64,000 nt of DNA from the NCBI GenBank assembly GCA_038087875.1, contig CM075977.1:265670001-265734000 (forward strand). The letters run 5' to 3'. How positions within the stretch are numbered: the stretch's first letter is position 1; every line of letters begins with the position of its first letter. Shown here in pieces: positions 11,455 to 23,465 of this stretch. This stretch comes from Malacoraja senta. Its lineage: Eukaryota. Under the pieces are notes generated by a model. The model was not told the origin of the DNA and did no database searches. It worked only from the letters and a program-made list of their open reading frames with translations. A program made the position numbers and the translations under genes.

Positions 11455-12738
11455 TTTAAGAAGGAACTGCAGATGCTGGAAAATCGAAGGTAGACAAAAA
11501 TGCTGGAGAAACTCAGCAGGTGAGGCAGCATCTATGGAGCGAAGGAAATAGGCAACGTTTCGGGTCGAGACCCTTCTTCAGACTGATGTGAGGGTGGGGG
11601 GGGGGGAGAAGAAAGGAAGAGGTGGAGCCAGTGGGCTGAGGGAGAGCTGAGAAGGGGAGGAGAAAGCAGGGACTACCTGAAATTAGAGAAGTCAATGTTC
11701 ATACTGCTGTGGTGTAAACTGCCCAAGTGAAATATGAGGTGCTGCTCCTCCAATTTACAGTGGTCCTCACTCTGGCCATGGAGGAGGCCCAGGACAGAAA
11801 GGTCAGATTCGGAATGGGAGGGGGAGTTGAAGTGCTGAGCCACCGGGAGTTCAGGTTGGTTATTGCGAACCGACGAGCGGAGGTGTTGGGCGAAGCGATC
11901 ACAAAGCCTACACTTGGTAGAGCAGCTGACATCTAGAGCAGCGATGCAATAGATGAGGTTGGAGGAGGAGCAGGTGAACCTCTCCCGCACTTGGAAAGAC
12001 TGCTTGGGTCCTTGAATAGAGTCAAGGGGGGAGGTAAAGCGATAAGTGTAGCATTTCCTGCGGTTGCAAAGGAAAGTTCCCAGAGAGGGCGTGGTTCGGG
12101 TGGGAAGGGACGAATTGACCAGGAGTTATGGAGGGAGCGGTCTCTGCGGAAAGCAGACAGAGGAGGAGATGGCAAGTGGTCGGATCACATTGGAGGTGGC
12201 GAAAATGTCGGCGGATTATTTGTTGTATGTGATGGCTGATAGGGTGGAAGGTGAGGACAAGGGGGACTCTACCCTTGTTACGAGTGGGGGGGATGCGGAG
12301 TGAGAGCAGAGTCATGGGGTATAGAAGAGACCCTGGTGAGAGCCTCATCTATAGTAGAAGAGGGGAACCCCCGTTCCCTGAAGAATGAGGACATCTCCGA
12401 TGCCTTGGTGTGGAACACCTCATCCTGGATGCAGATGTGGCGTAAACGGAGGAATTGGGAGTAGGGGATGGAGTCCTTAAAGGAAGCAGGGTGGGATGAA
12501 GTGTAGTCCGGATAGCCATGGAAGTCAGTGGGTTTATAGTGGATGTCGGTCAGTAGTCTATCATCTGCGATGGAGATAGTGAGGTCAGGAAATGGTAGGG
12601 AAATGGTCCAGGTGTATTTGAGTGCCGGATGGAAGTTAGTGGTGAAATGGATGAAGTCAGTGAGTTGTGTGTGGGTGCAGGAGGTAGCATCAATGCAGTT
12701 GTCGATGTAGCGGAGGTAGAGTTTGGGGATAGTGCCCG
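11455..12738 (-). mobile_element. Penelope-like retroelement fragment (RT C-terminus, GIY-YIG endonuclease, terminal repeat)
   Basis: LYLRYIDNC, HPALKYTW, SIPYSQFLRLR, FTCSSSNLIYCI and VAQHFNS motifs; frameshifted. Confidence 0.9.
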
Positions 12739-13774
12739 AATTATTACTGTCATTATTTACTGTGATGGATTCTGATTGCACTTTTTTTGAATATATAATA
12801 ACTTTATTTGTATAGCACTTTTCATACAATTGAATGCAACCCAAAGTGCTTATCATTCCCGGCTTCCTCTAAAATGGTTCAACTCTGAAATATTCAGATG
12901 AAAGGTTGTTGGTCTGAAACATTAAGGATGTCCTCTGTAGGTACTGTCTGTCTAGCCAGCTATTTAAAGCATTTATATGTATGTATGTACGTACGTATGT
13001 ATGTATGTGTGTATTTATTTATTCATTTCAAATTTCTGGCATCTGTAGCATTTTCTTTTTGCTAACTTCGAGATTAATTATTTAACAACACTCTAATGGA
13101 ACTAATTTATTGTATTCAATGTAAATAAACAAATGAAATGAATAATGATAGTTAGAATAGATACATCTCCAAGACAAAGCGATGTCTACTCCGAGGCATT
13201 GCAATGGGTAAGCAAGGAAACTGAACTTTTCTTGTTTCAAGAATTGTGGCAGTAGATTGTAATTTGGCAGGATGAACGTTTTGTGGGCAAGGCCAGCATA
13301 TATTGACCATGCCAAATGGTAATTGGGGGGTGTGAGCTGTTGCCTTCTACCAATGCAGTGTTTTTCATGAAATTGCCCTCACAGTGCTGTTGGGAAGGGG
13401 CGATTAGTGATTAGGCGTAGTGGCGAGAATAAAATGGCAATATAATTTCAATTATGGATGGTGTATAACTTGGAGAGGAATCTACACAGCGCAGCGTTCC
13501 AATGCAACTGGAATCTCAGCTTTCTGGGTGGTAGACAATGCGGTTTGGGAGGTGCAGTTGGAAGAGCGAGTAACAGTCATGCCTTTGGTATTTGCTGCAC
13601 ACCGTTCTTGCTGTGAACTGGCACAGTGGAAGGAAGGAATATTTAGCATGATGGACAGGGGTACCAATCAAGCAGGATGATTTGTCTTGGGGATGAGCTT
13701 GACAATTACTGAATCAATATGCATCCAGGCAAATGGAAATGTTCCAGTACACTCCTGCCTTGTAACTTTTGAAT

Positions 13775-14192
13775 GGTCATAGAGAATTATAGTCACAGAG
13801 TCAAACAGGCCCTTTGACCAAACTTGTCCATGCCAACCAACATACACAATCTACAATAGTCTCACCTGCTTTAGTTTGGCCCATATCCCTCTAAACCTAT
13901 CCTATCCATTTACCTGTCCAAATATTTTACAAACAGTGACAGTACCTGCCTCAACTACTTCCTCTGAAGGTCTGAAGAAGGGTCTCGACCCGAAACATCG
14001 CCAATTCCTTTTCTCCATAGATGCTGCCTCACCCGCTGAGTTTCTCCAGCATTTTGTGCCTACTTCCTCTGTCAGCTCGTTCCATATACTTACCATCCTT
14101 TGTGTAAAAAAGTTCCTCTTCAGGTTCCTATTAAATCTTCCCACCCTTATCTTAAACATATGTCCTATGGTTCCTGATTCTCCTACTCTGGG
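13775..14192 (-). mobile_element. CR1 3' end interrupted by a Penelope-like terminal repeat (about 13965-14058)
   Basis: RFNRNLKRNFFTQRMV..WN remnant, split by an insert flanked by CTACTTCCTCTG duplicates. Confidence 0.75.
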
Positions 14193-14637
14193 ATGGTGGA
14201 AAGGCTTTGGCAGATGAAGAGGGTGTCACTCACTACAGGATACCCAGCTTCTGACTACATGTGTACCAAAGCATTAAAAAAAAAAGATGGATGGCCGAAA
14301 TTGCCTTTTTCCGTTTTAAACCTACTTCACTCTCATATATTTATCATGGAATTCTTTACATTAGCTCCAGATCTATTAATTTAACGAACACCAATCAGGA
14401 ATCCTGACATAACTATAGGTTTTATAAGAGGTTTTGACAAGCTTACTTTCCAGATATAGCATCTCCTCCATGTTGCAATAAAATATTCTGTAAGGTTGGT
14501 CAAGTGTTTTCAGTTTTTACTTCATTGATTCAAGAAATTTAATAACAAATGATGAACCACAAAACATCTATAGATTTTAAGCACATTGTGATAGTTATTT
14601 TTAAAAATAATGACACTATGGTACCATGGATCTGATT

Positions 14638-14960
14638 GGGTGGCACAGTGGTGCAGCATTAGAGTTGCTGCCTTACAGCATCGGAGACCAGTATTCAATC
14701 CTGACCATGGGTGTTGTCTGTACGGAGTTTGTACATTTCCCTGTGACCGTGTGAGTTTTCTCTGGGTGATCCCGTTTCCCTCCCACATTCCAAAGATGTG
14801 CAGGTTAGCCGGTTAATTGACTGCTGTAAATTGCCCCTAGTGTGTAGAATTCAAAACTGGGATAACAGAACTGGTGTATGGGTGATTGTTGGTTGGTTCA
14901 GATGCGGTGGGCCGAAGGGCCTGTTTCCATGCTGTATCTCTAAACCTAAATTTAAACTGA
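14638..14960 (+). mobile_element. tRNA-derived SINE (HE1-like)
   Basis: Same head, body and tail as 24493-24810. Confidence 0.85.
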
Positions 14961-15034
14961 ATCTATGTACAGTATATCACAATGACTGCATACCATACTT
15001 TAAAATAACCCATGAATAAATACTACTTTTATGA

Positions 15035-15870
15035 GAGCACAAAATGCTAGAGTAACTCATCGGGTCAGGTCGCATTTCTGGAGGACATTGATAGATGAAG
15101 TTAGACAAAAATGCTGGAGAAACTCAGCAGGTGAGGAAGCATCTATGGAGCGAAGGAAATAGGCAACGTTTCGGGTTAAACCCTTCTTCAGACTGATGTG
15201 GGGGTGGGGGGGCGGGAGGAAGAAAGGAAGAGGTGGAGTCAGAGGGTTGAGGGAGAGCTGAGAAGGGGAGGAGAAAGCAGGGACTACTTGAAATTAGAGA
15301 AGTTAATGTTCATACCGCTGGGGTGCAAACAGCCCAAGCAAAATATGAGGTGCTGCTCCAATTTACAGTGGTCCTCACTCTGGCCATGGAGGAGGCCCAG
15401 GACTGAAAGGTCGGATGCGGAATGGGAGGGGGAGTTGAAGTGCTGTGTCACCGGGAGATCAGGTTGGTTATTGCGAACCGAGCGGAGGTTTTGTGCGAAG
15501 CGATCGCCAAGCCTACGCTTGGTCTCACCGATGTAGAGCAACTGACATCTAGAGCAGCGGATGCAATAGATGAGGTTGGAGGAGGTGCAGGTGAACCTCT
15601 GCCGCACCTGGAAAGACTGCTTGGGTCCTTGAATGGAGTCAAGGGGGGAGTTAAAGCGACAAGTGTAGCATTTATTGCAGTTGCAAAGGAAAGTGCCCGG
15701 AGAGGGGGTGGTTCGGGTGGGAAGGGACGAATTGCCCAGGGAGTTACGGAGGGAGCAGTCTCTGCGGAAAGTTACGGGTCAGGACCCATGTTCAGACTGA
15801 AGATGGGTCCTGACGTGAGTTACTACAGCACTTTGTGGTCCACACAAGATTCTAGCATCTATAGTTCCTT
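15035..15870 (-). mobile_element. Penelope-like element 3' fragment with GIY-YIG domain
   Basis: ORF 15284-15607 reads NLIYCIRCSRCQLLYIGETKRRLGDRF; tandem and inverted terminal-repeat pieces at the ends. Confidence 0.88.
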
Positions 15871-15951
15871 GTGTTTAATACTTTTACTCAATCTGTGAAA
15901 TAGATAATTTTTAAAATATTTTACGAAAGTCTCATTAACTACTAGAGCAAG

Positions 15952-16013
15952 TTAGTACGTTATTATTCCAAAGGTATATATATATATACATGAATCTGCC
16001 AGTTGAATAATAC
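15952..16013 (-). CDS. HHIP: Read-through tail of exon 13 (GIIQLADSCIYIYTFGIITY*), positional equivalent of the hydrophobic C-terminal helix of bony-vertebrate HHIP
   Basis: The frame stays open past the internal donor to TAA at 15952-15954. Similar length and hydrophobicity to the recalled human GILDQIIDMTSYLLDLTSYIV*, but weak identity and it contains a (TA)7 run. Confidence 0.5.
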
Positions 16014-16142
16014 CTGCCCTTGCCACTCTTTCAATGTTTCTATCCACTTGTTCGCACTGTGGTCCAGTGTAGCTCTCCTTACACAAGCATTTATTTGGTC
16101 GCACACACACACCACCATGCTGACAAACTGGGTCGCACTTTG
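16014..16142 (-). CDS. HHIP: HHIP exon 13 core (EGF2): AKCDPVCQHGGVCVRPNKCLCKESYTGPQCEQVDRNIERVARA, ending at an internal donor AG|GTATTA
   Basis: Manual translation closely matches HHIP EGF2. Acceptor TTTTTTTAACAG; 129 bp to the internal GT; phase 1 at both ends. Confidence 0.93.
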
Positions 16143-16539
16143 CTGTTAAAAAAATTAGAAATATTTAATACATCAGAAAATTAACATTAGCTTAAAGATT
16201 AGAATATGTAGATAAAGACAAAAATATAATACCCTGTTTAGAAAACAAAAGCATATCTTAATGTTGAAATGTCAACTTTTTCTGCATTTGTTGGAAACAG
16301 GTCATAATTCCATATTTGTGGTCAAACTTGGGAATGAGGAACAATGCTCAGTATTGCTGAAATCCCGGTGCACCATGTTCTGGGACTTGCATCATTCTCA
16401 GGTCAATCAATTTTTTATGTTTTGGGAAAAATCGATCCCAGTCTATTTTAATGGCACTGTATTTTACACTCCTTCTGAAGTTAGACTAAAATTGAAGACA
16501 ATTGAACTAAATTTCAGAAGTGGAGTAGAGGAAAGTAGA

Positions 16540-16765
16540 AGGTGGTGAATCTGTGGAATTCGCTGCCACAGAAGGCTGTGGAGGCCAATGGATATTTTTA
16601 AGGTAGAGAAAGATAAGATTCTTGATTAGTGCAGGTGTTAGGGGTTATGGGAAGAAGGTAGGAGAATGGGGTTAGGAGGGAGAGGTAGATCAGCCATGAT
16701 TGAATGATGGGGTAGACTCGATGGGCCGAATGGCCTAATTCTGCTCCTATCACTTATGACTTTCT
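16540..16765 (+). mobile_element. CR1 3' end
   Basis: GTGGTGAATCTGTGGAATTC...GGGCCGAATGGCCTAATTCTGCTCCT. Confidence 0.75.
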
Positions 16766-17584
16766 GAAACCTTATGATGTTTGCTCCATTGTGTGCTTAG
16801 CCCTGCTGCCTTTGGTGATTATCTGGGCAGGATTTCTCAAATGACCAGTTGCCATTGCCTTCTTCCTGGTGTTCTTTCAGCTGCCTCTGACAGAAATGCT
16901 GTCTAGAAATGAAGTACTTGCCCGCTTGCTGTGGAGGATGAGAAGGGAGAGTTGTGAGAAAGCATAAAAAAGGAAGATCAAGGGAGTTCTGTCCTTGGTG
17001 GTGTGAAGAATATTTCTGAAAACTACTGTGTGAATTTTCACCATTCCACAACAAAATGTTTATGCTACTTTCAATGTTACAATTCCAGAAACATGGCTAT
17101 TTCAGTATTTTAATATATTTGATCATTAATTGAAAAACCACGCTTAAAAATATTTGTTTTATTCCATGAAGCAGAAAAGCTAATAGAAATGTTGTTTCAT
17201 AATTAATCACCCAGCACAAGATTACACATTGGCTTTGGACATCACGACCCACCAACCAGAAAATGGAAGCAAATAGTCAACAAATTAAAATTCCACATTA
17301 TTTATTTTGTAAGAAATTATCAGTAAGATAACCAGCAAAATATGAGGAATTTAAAATCCAATCAAACATTTACATAAATGTTGCAACCTAAATCTGCAAA
17401 TCTGTTAAACCTTGGTCAAGTTGTAAAGGGTGCAGAAGAAAATAACCTTTAGCTTTGAAGAAGGCGCATACTACAAAGTAAACTGATGTTCTTGTATAAT
17501 TTGTTTTTAATTGATTCGTCTTTTATTAATATATCTTTTGAATGCAGGAGGATAAATCTGTTTTCAATTCAATGTGGTCACTCA

Positions 17585-17892
17585 CGATAGACACAAAATG
17601 CGGGAGTAGCTCAGCGGGACAGGCAGCATCTCTGTAGAGAAGGAATGGGTGACATTTCGGGTCAAGAGCCTTCTTCAGACTGAACGTCATGGGGAAGGGA
17701 AACGTGAGATATAAACAATGATGCAGAGAGATATAGAATGAAAGATATTCAAAAGAGAAACAATGATAAAGGAAACTGGCCATTGTTAGCTGTAGCTAGT
17801 TGAGAATGAAAGCAGGTGTGACTTGGGTGGGAGAGGAATGGAGAGAGAGGGAATGCTGGGGTTACTTGAAGTTGGAGAAATAGTTACTCATG
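17585..17892 (-). mobile_element. Penelope-like terminal repeat / 3' UTR
   Basis: Same terminal repeat (ACACAAAATGC.GGAGTA.CTCAGCGGG...CTTCTTCAGACT). Confidence 0.7.
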
Positions 17893-18194
17893 ATTGTCTT
17901 TAAGCTAAAAGTCACATTGGTATCTAAATCCCAATGATAGAGCTTGTGAAATGTGAGAGGCATGTTCCATAAAATACCCTGCAAATGCAATAAGTACTAT
18001 GTAGGCAGCGTCACAGTCAATCTTGAAATGGTGGCATAGTTTTCACTCCAAACACAAATTTGCTTAATGCCTAGCTTACTCACAATGTAATATGTGAACT
18101 GGGAATGAATAACTCTTACTTTGTCAGCACAATATCATTAGACTTAATAATTGGGTAAGTGAAATAGAAAGGACTGGTGCTGACGACTCGTTGG

Positions 18195-18665
18195 TGCTTC
18201 CATTCTTCTTACTGGGCAGTCCCTTGGGATCGAGGATAACTTGCTTCCACTCCACTTTTGTATACTGACATGGCTAATGATTCAAAATGGGAACTATGGA
18301 CTCTTACATTGGAGGTTCAGGAGGAGGCTGATGGCATGGGTGGGTGGGTGGGTAGTTTGTGAGGTGAATACCTCTTCCAATATTTATGCAGGGCTTCTGT
18401 GTTGCACTAACACGAGGTTCACAACACTATCTCGAATGGACCTTTTCTACTTTGAGTGGTCATGGGACAGAGGTTACTGAGTTACCCTGTAACTCAGAGG
18501 TTTTGAGCATATACCTGTGTTTGCCTAGTAACTTCCTTCCACGACAGAGCCCAGAGTATCTGCTTGGGGAGTCTGGTGTCAGGCATGCAAATGGCGTAGC
18601 CTATGCAACATAGGCTGCTGACTAACTCGGGTCACCAATGCTACAGATGTTAGCCTGGCTATCGG
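18195..18665 (-). mobile_element. Degenerate RTE-like LINE 3' fragment
   Basis: GGGCAGTCCCTTGGGATCGAGGATAACTTGCTTCCAC resembles the reverse complement of RTE 3' ends. Confidence 0.5.
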
Positions 18666-19367
18666 CTAGCTGCACGCTGTACGTATGAGTGTGAATGTAT
18701 ATTTAAGAACTCTTGGAGGGTTGACCTTAAATGGAGATGGGTTTTTTTCTGCTCTGTCGTTTTTATTTGCCTCAAGGAACAGAAACACAAAATGACCTCA
18801 GGACATCACGCAACAATGCAGCTGTCAACATGCACTGAACCTGCCTGTCTGCAACACTGCAGTGCAATCCACTTCCTGCTCTGCCCTCAACTTTAAACCA
18901 GCCAAAACCTCTTCCAAAATGTTCACTTTCAACAGATGAACAGATTTGATTTTCATTGTTGTGTACTAAATAAGGTGAGTTTCAAATTATTCAACTTAAT
19001 TATACTTCAGTGTGTGCAATTTTATTTTATTTTAAGATTTTATGCAGAAGTCCAAAGTAAAAAAAATAGAAAAAAGTGGCCTGGACCTGAAGAGACGTCC
19101 ATGCCAATTTGGAGAGGTCATCAGCCAATTTCCCAAACCAACAGCATTTAGAATTATTGGCACAGAGGATTTCTTCTTGGATCATAAACCACTATAAACA
19201 GCTATACACGGAAAAATGACACAAAATGCTGGGGTAACTCAGCGGGTCATGCAACATCTCTGGAGAACGTGATTAGGTGATGTTCTGGGTTGGGACCTTT
19301 CTTCATTGATTGTGGTGGGGGAGAAAGCTGGAAGAGAAGAGAAGCAGAACAAAGCCAAGTGAGTGAT

Positions 19368-20015
19368 AGAAAATGGCATGTTGACCTTCATAGCGAGAGG
19401 ATTTGAATATAGGAGCAAGGAGGTCCTAATGCAGTTTACAGGGCCCTGGTGAGACCACACCTGGAGTATTGTGTGTAGTTTTGGTCTCCTAATTTGAGGA
19501 AGGACATATTTGCTATTGAGGGAGTGCAGTGTAGGTTCACCAGGTTAATTCCCAGGATGGCGGGACTGACATACGATGAAATAATTGATTGACTGGGCTT
19601 ATATTCACTGAAATTTAGAAGGATGAGAGGGTATCTTATAGAAACATATGCAATTCTTAAGGGATTGGACAGGCTAGATGCAGGAAAAAAATTCCCGATG
19701 TTGGGGGAGTCCAGAACCAGGAGTCACAGTTTAAGAAAAAGGGTTAGGCCATTTTGGACTGAGATGAGGAAATACATTTTCACCCAGACAGTTGTGAATC
19801 TGTGGAATTCTCTGCCACAGAAGGCAGTGGAGGCAATTCACTGGATGTTTTCAAGAGAGAGTTAGATATAGGTCTTTGGGCTAAAGGAATCAAGGGATAT
19901 GAGGATAAAGCAGCAACGGGGTACAGATTTAGGATGATCAGCCATGATCATATTGAATGGCAGTGCTAGCTCGAAGGGCCGAATGGCCTCCTTCTGCACC
20001 TAGTTTCTATGTTTC
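19368..20015 (+). mobile_element. CR1 (HER1-like) LINE 3' fragment
   Basis: LVRPHLEYCV.FWSP, RGYLIETY and VNLWNSLP motifs; TTTCTATG tail. Confidence 0.9.
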
Positions 20016-20994
20016 TATGATAGGTAGATACAGGTGGGCGGCGAGTCGTTTGCTAGGCAGATGGATGAACCAGAGATGAAAAGACAAAAGGTGTGAGATA
20101 ATAAAATAAATGGAAATTGTGAAGCCAAAAAAAGGAATAAAAGTGGAAAGGAGAGGGGAGAAATGGGTGCACATCTAGGTGCACCACAATGAAGGTGAGG
20201 AAGGGGAGTTGAGGAAAGGGAGGGGATAAGGATGGGGTCGGTTTGTAGGTAATAGAAACATAGAAACATAGAAAATAGGTGCAGGAGGCCATTCGGCCCT
20301 TCGAGCCAGCACCGCTATTCATTGTAATGATGGCTGATCGTCCCCCATCAATAACCCGTGCCTGCCTTCTCCCCATATCCCTTGACTCCACTAGCCCCTA
20401 GAGGTAGTTACCTAAAGATTGGCAACTTGAATATTCATAGGTTCGAAGCTACCTGTGAATTATGAGATGCTGTTCCTCCAGTTTGCGCATGACCTCATTC
20501 TGGCAGTGGAGGAGGCCGAGGACAGAAAGGTCAGTACGGGAATGAGAAGGGGAGTTAAAATGATTAGCAAGGGGGATATCCAGAAGGCCTTGGCGGGCTG
20601 AGCGCAAGTGTTAAGCGAAACAGTTGTAGGGAGTAAACAGGTACATGTATTGGATAGATTTAGAGGGATATGGGCTAAACGAGGGCAGGTGGGACTAATA
20701 TAGATGGGGCATGTTGGTCAGCATAGGTAAGTTGGGCCGAAGCTATATAACTCTATGGGTACAACAGACAGCCTATGGAGGGTGCCATTTTCTATCAGGA
20801 GTGTCAGACGGTTTATGGGTTGGAGGGTAAGGTGGCTCGTTGGACCAAATGTCCATTTTAAAAACATTTAAAAAAAATAGAATGCACAATGTAGATTCGC
20901 ATTGGCTGTTTTCAACAAATTGAATGTTGACTATCATTCCTTCAGTGCTAAAATTCAGGGTGAGAACAGCAAATTTGTTACTTTAGACAATAGA

Positions 20995-21543
20995 CATCTT
21001 GTCCGGAATATTACAATCTGGTTTGGGAATTGCTCTGCCCAGGACAAGAAGGCTCTGCAGAGTAGTGCGTTCGGCCGAACGCACAATGGAAACTACACTC
21101 GCCCCTCTGCAGGAACTATACATCAGGAGGTGAAACTCCAGAGCCAATAAGATCATGGGAGACCCCTTCCACCCCTGCAACGAACTGTTCCAGCTGCTAC
21201 GGTCAGGCAAACACCTCCGAAGCCATGCTGTGAGAACAGAGAGGTTGAGAAGGAGTTTCTTCCCAGAGGCCATTAGGACTGTAAACTCCTATCTCACCAG
21301 GGACTAACTTTACTGTACCACTCTACTGTTTTTTGTTTTTCCCGTTTCCCCCCCCCCCCCTTTTTCCTTCTGCCCACAATATTTAATATGTAAAAGAATA
21401 TGTGATTCTATTCTTCCATTCTGTTGTAGTTTGTTTGTTTGTTTGTTTTTTTTGCACAAAGTCTGCGAGCATTGCCACTTTTCATTTCACTGCACATCTC
21501 GTATGTGTATGTGACAAATAAACTTGACTTGACTTGACTTGAC
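20995..21543 (+). mobile_element. Rex1/Babar-like LINE 3' end with (GACTT)n tail
   Basis: NITIWFGNCSAQDKKALQ and RSFFPEAIR remnants; AATAAA followed by CTTGA repeats. Confidence 0.75.
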
Positions 21544-21544
21544 T

Positions 21545-21862
21545 AGACAATAGGTGCAGAAGTAGGCCATTTGGCCCTTCGAGCTAGCACCGCCATTCAA
21601 TGTGATCATGGCTGATCATCCACAATCAGTACCCCGTTCCTGTCTTTTCCCCATATCCCTTGACTCCGCAATCTTTAAGAGCTCTATCTAACTCCCTTGA
21701 AAGCATCCAGAGAACCGGCCTCTTACCCCCCTCTGAGGCAGAGAATTCCACAGACTCGCAACTCTCTGTGTAAAAAGGTATTTCCTCATCTCCATTCTAA
21801 ATGGTTTACTCCTTATTCTTAAACTGTGGCCCCTGGTTCTGGACTCCCCCAACATCGAGAAC
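21545..21862 (-). mobile_element. CR1 3' end
   Basis: Homologous to the other CR1 tails in the window. Confidence 0.8.
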
Positions 21863-22196
21863 AAGTAGTCAAGAATTCACTTTACAAGCTGCAGCTCAAA
21901 TGGCAAAAACATTAAGGTGAAAAGCCACATTTAAATGCCATGCTGGCACCAGGAGATTAGGCAGAGATGTTATGTTTCAGGTTTGCTGTTATAGAACTGA
22001 ATGTTAAAATTGTTTTCCGAAATTCTTTTCCCAGAACGAACGGAATTCTGATCAGATTTATGAGCCGAAACAGAACTGTTTAAAATTCCTACATAAGCAC
22101 ACTGTACCTAGAATTAGATTCTTTGCTTTTTACAACCAGGAACATCTATTCTAAAATTGGCAGTTTATGAGAAATAGGAAAATAAGACAATCAAAA

Positions 22197-23075
22197 ATAG
22201 ATACAAAATGCTGAAGTAACTCAGCGGGTCAGGCAGCAACCCTGGAAAAAAGAAATAGGTGACGTTTCGGGTAGAAACTCTTCATCAGACTGAGAGTCAG
22301 GGAGGAGGAAAAATAGAGGAATGAAAAGGTTCAGAACAAGTCAGAGTCAGCAGAAATGACCAAGGAAAGGTGGAGCCCACAATGGTCCATTGCTGGCTGT
22401 GGAAGTTGTGATAATGAAGGGATGTATGGATGTGAACAACAAAACTGGCAGGACCACTAGGATGGGGAGGAGCAGAGAGGGAATGCAGGGGTTACTTAAA
22501 ATTAAAGAAATCAATATTTATACCACTAGGTTGAAAGCTGCCCAAGTGAAATATGAGGTGCTGTTCCTCCAATCTGACAGTGGAGGAGGCCCAGGACAGA
22601 AAGGTCGGTAAAGAAATGGGAAGGGGAGTTAAAATGTTTGGCAACTGGGAGGTTGCTGGGCCAAGGCGGACTGAACGGAGGTGTTCAGTGAAATGATCGC
22701 CCAGACTACGCTTGGTCTCGACAATATATAGGAGCCCACACCTGGACCAGCGATACAATAGATGACGTTGGAGGAGGTACAAGTGAATCTCTGCGTCATC
22801 TGAAAGGACTGTCAGGGTCCCCGGATGGAGAGAGGAGGTATAGGAACAGGAGTTGCAGGGGTAGTACCTGGGGAGGGTGGTTTGGATGAGAAGGGATGAG
22901 TGAAAAGGGGAGATGCGGAGCAAACGGTCTCTGCAGTAGGGGTGGAGATGGGAAGATGTGACTAGTGGTGGGATTCCGTTGGGGGTGGTCTGAAGAAGGG
23001 TCACTATCCCCTATCCGTTTTTTCCAGAGAAAATGCCTGACCCGCTGACTTACTCCAGCATTTTGTGTCTATCTG
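22197..23075 (-). mobile_element. Degenerate Penelope-like fragment bounded by inverted terminal repeats
   Basis: CGLLYIVETKRSLGDHF and LEEQHLIFHLG remnants; terminal repeat present in opposite orientations at the two ends. Confidence 0.75.
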
Positions 23076-23465
23076 CGGACTTTACATCGAGAGCTCGCAG
23101 TCTCGAGAGAGGCCCCGACGCGGGGTCCGATCGTCGGAGCGGGGAGCTGACATCCCCCGATGCAGGAGCTGATCACCCCGATGCGGAGGGCCAAAACACC
23201 GCCGGCTATGGGTCAAGATTGTCCCGTCAACGGAGGGTTCAAGGCCCCCGACCGCGGGAGAGCAAAGAAGGGAAGAGATTTGAATGCTTTTTCGCCTTCC
23301 ATCACAGTGAGGAATGTGGAGGAGTCACTGTGGTGGATGGTTATGTTCAAATGTATTTTGTGTGTTCCGTTGCTTTTTATTTGTATGACTGACATGGCAA
23401 ATGAAATTCCTCGTAAGTTGCAAAACATACTTGGCTAATAAAGTATTATTGTGATTGTGACTGTA
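23076..23465 (+). mobile_element. GC-rich retroposon 3' portion with AATAAA and (TTGTGA)n tail
   Basis: CpG-rich body followed by AATAAAGTATTATTGTGATTGTGA. Confidence 0.55.
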
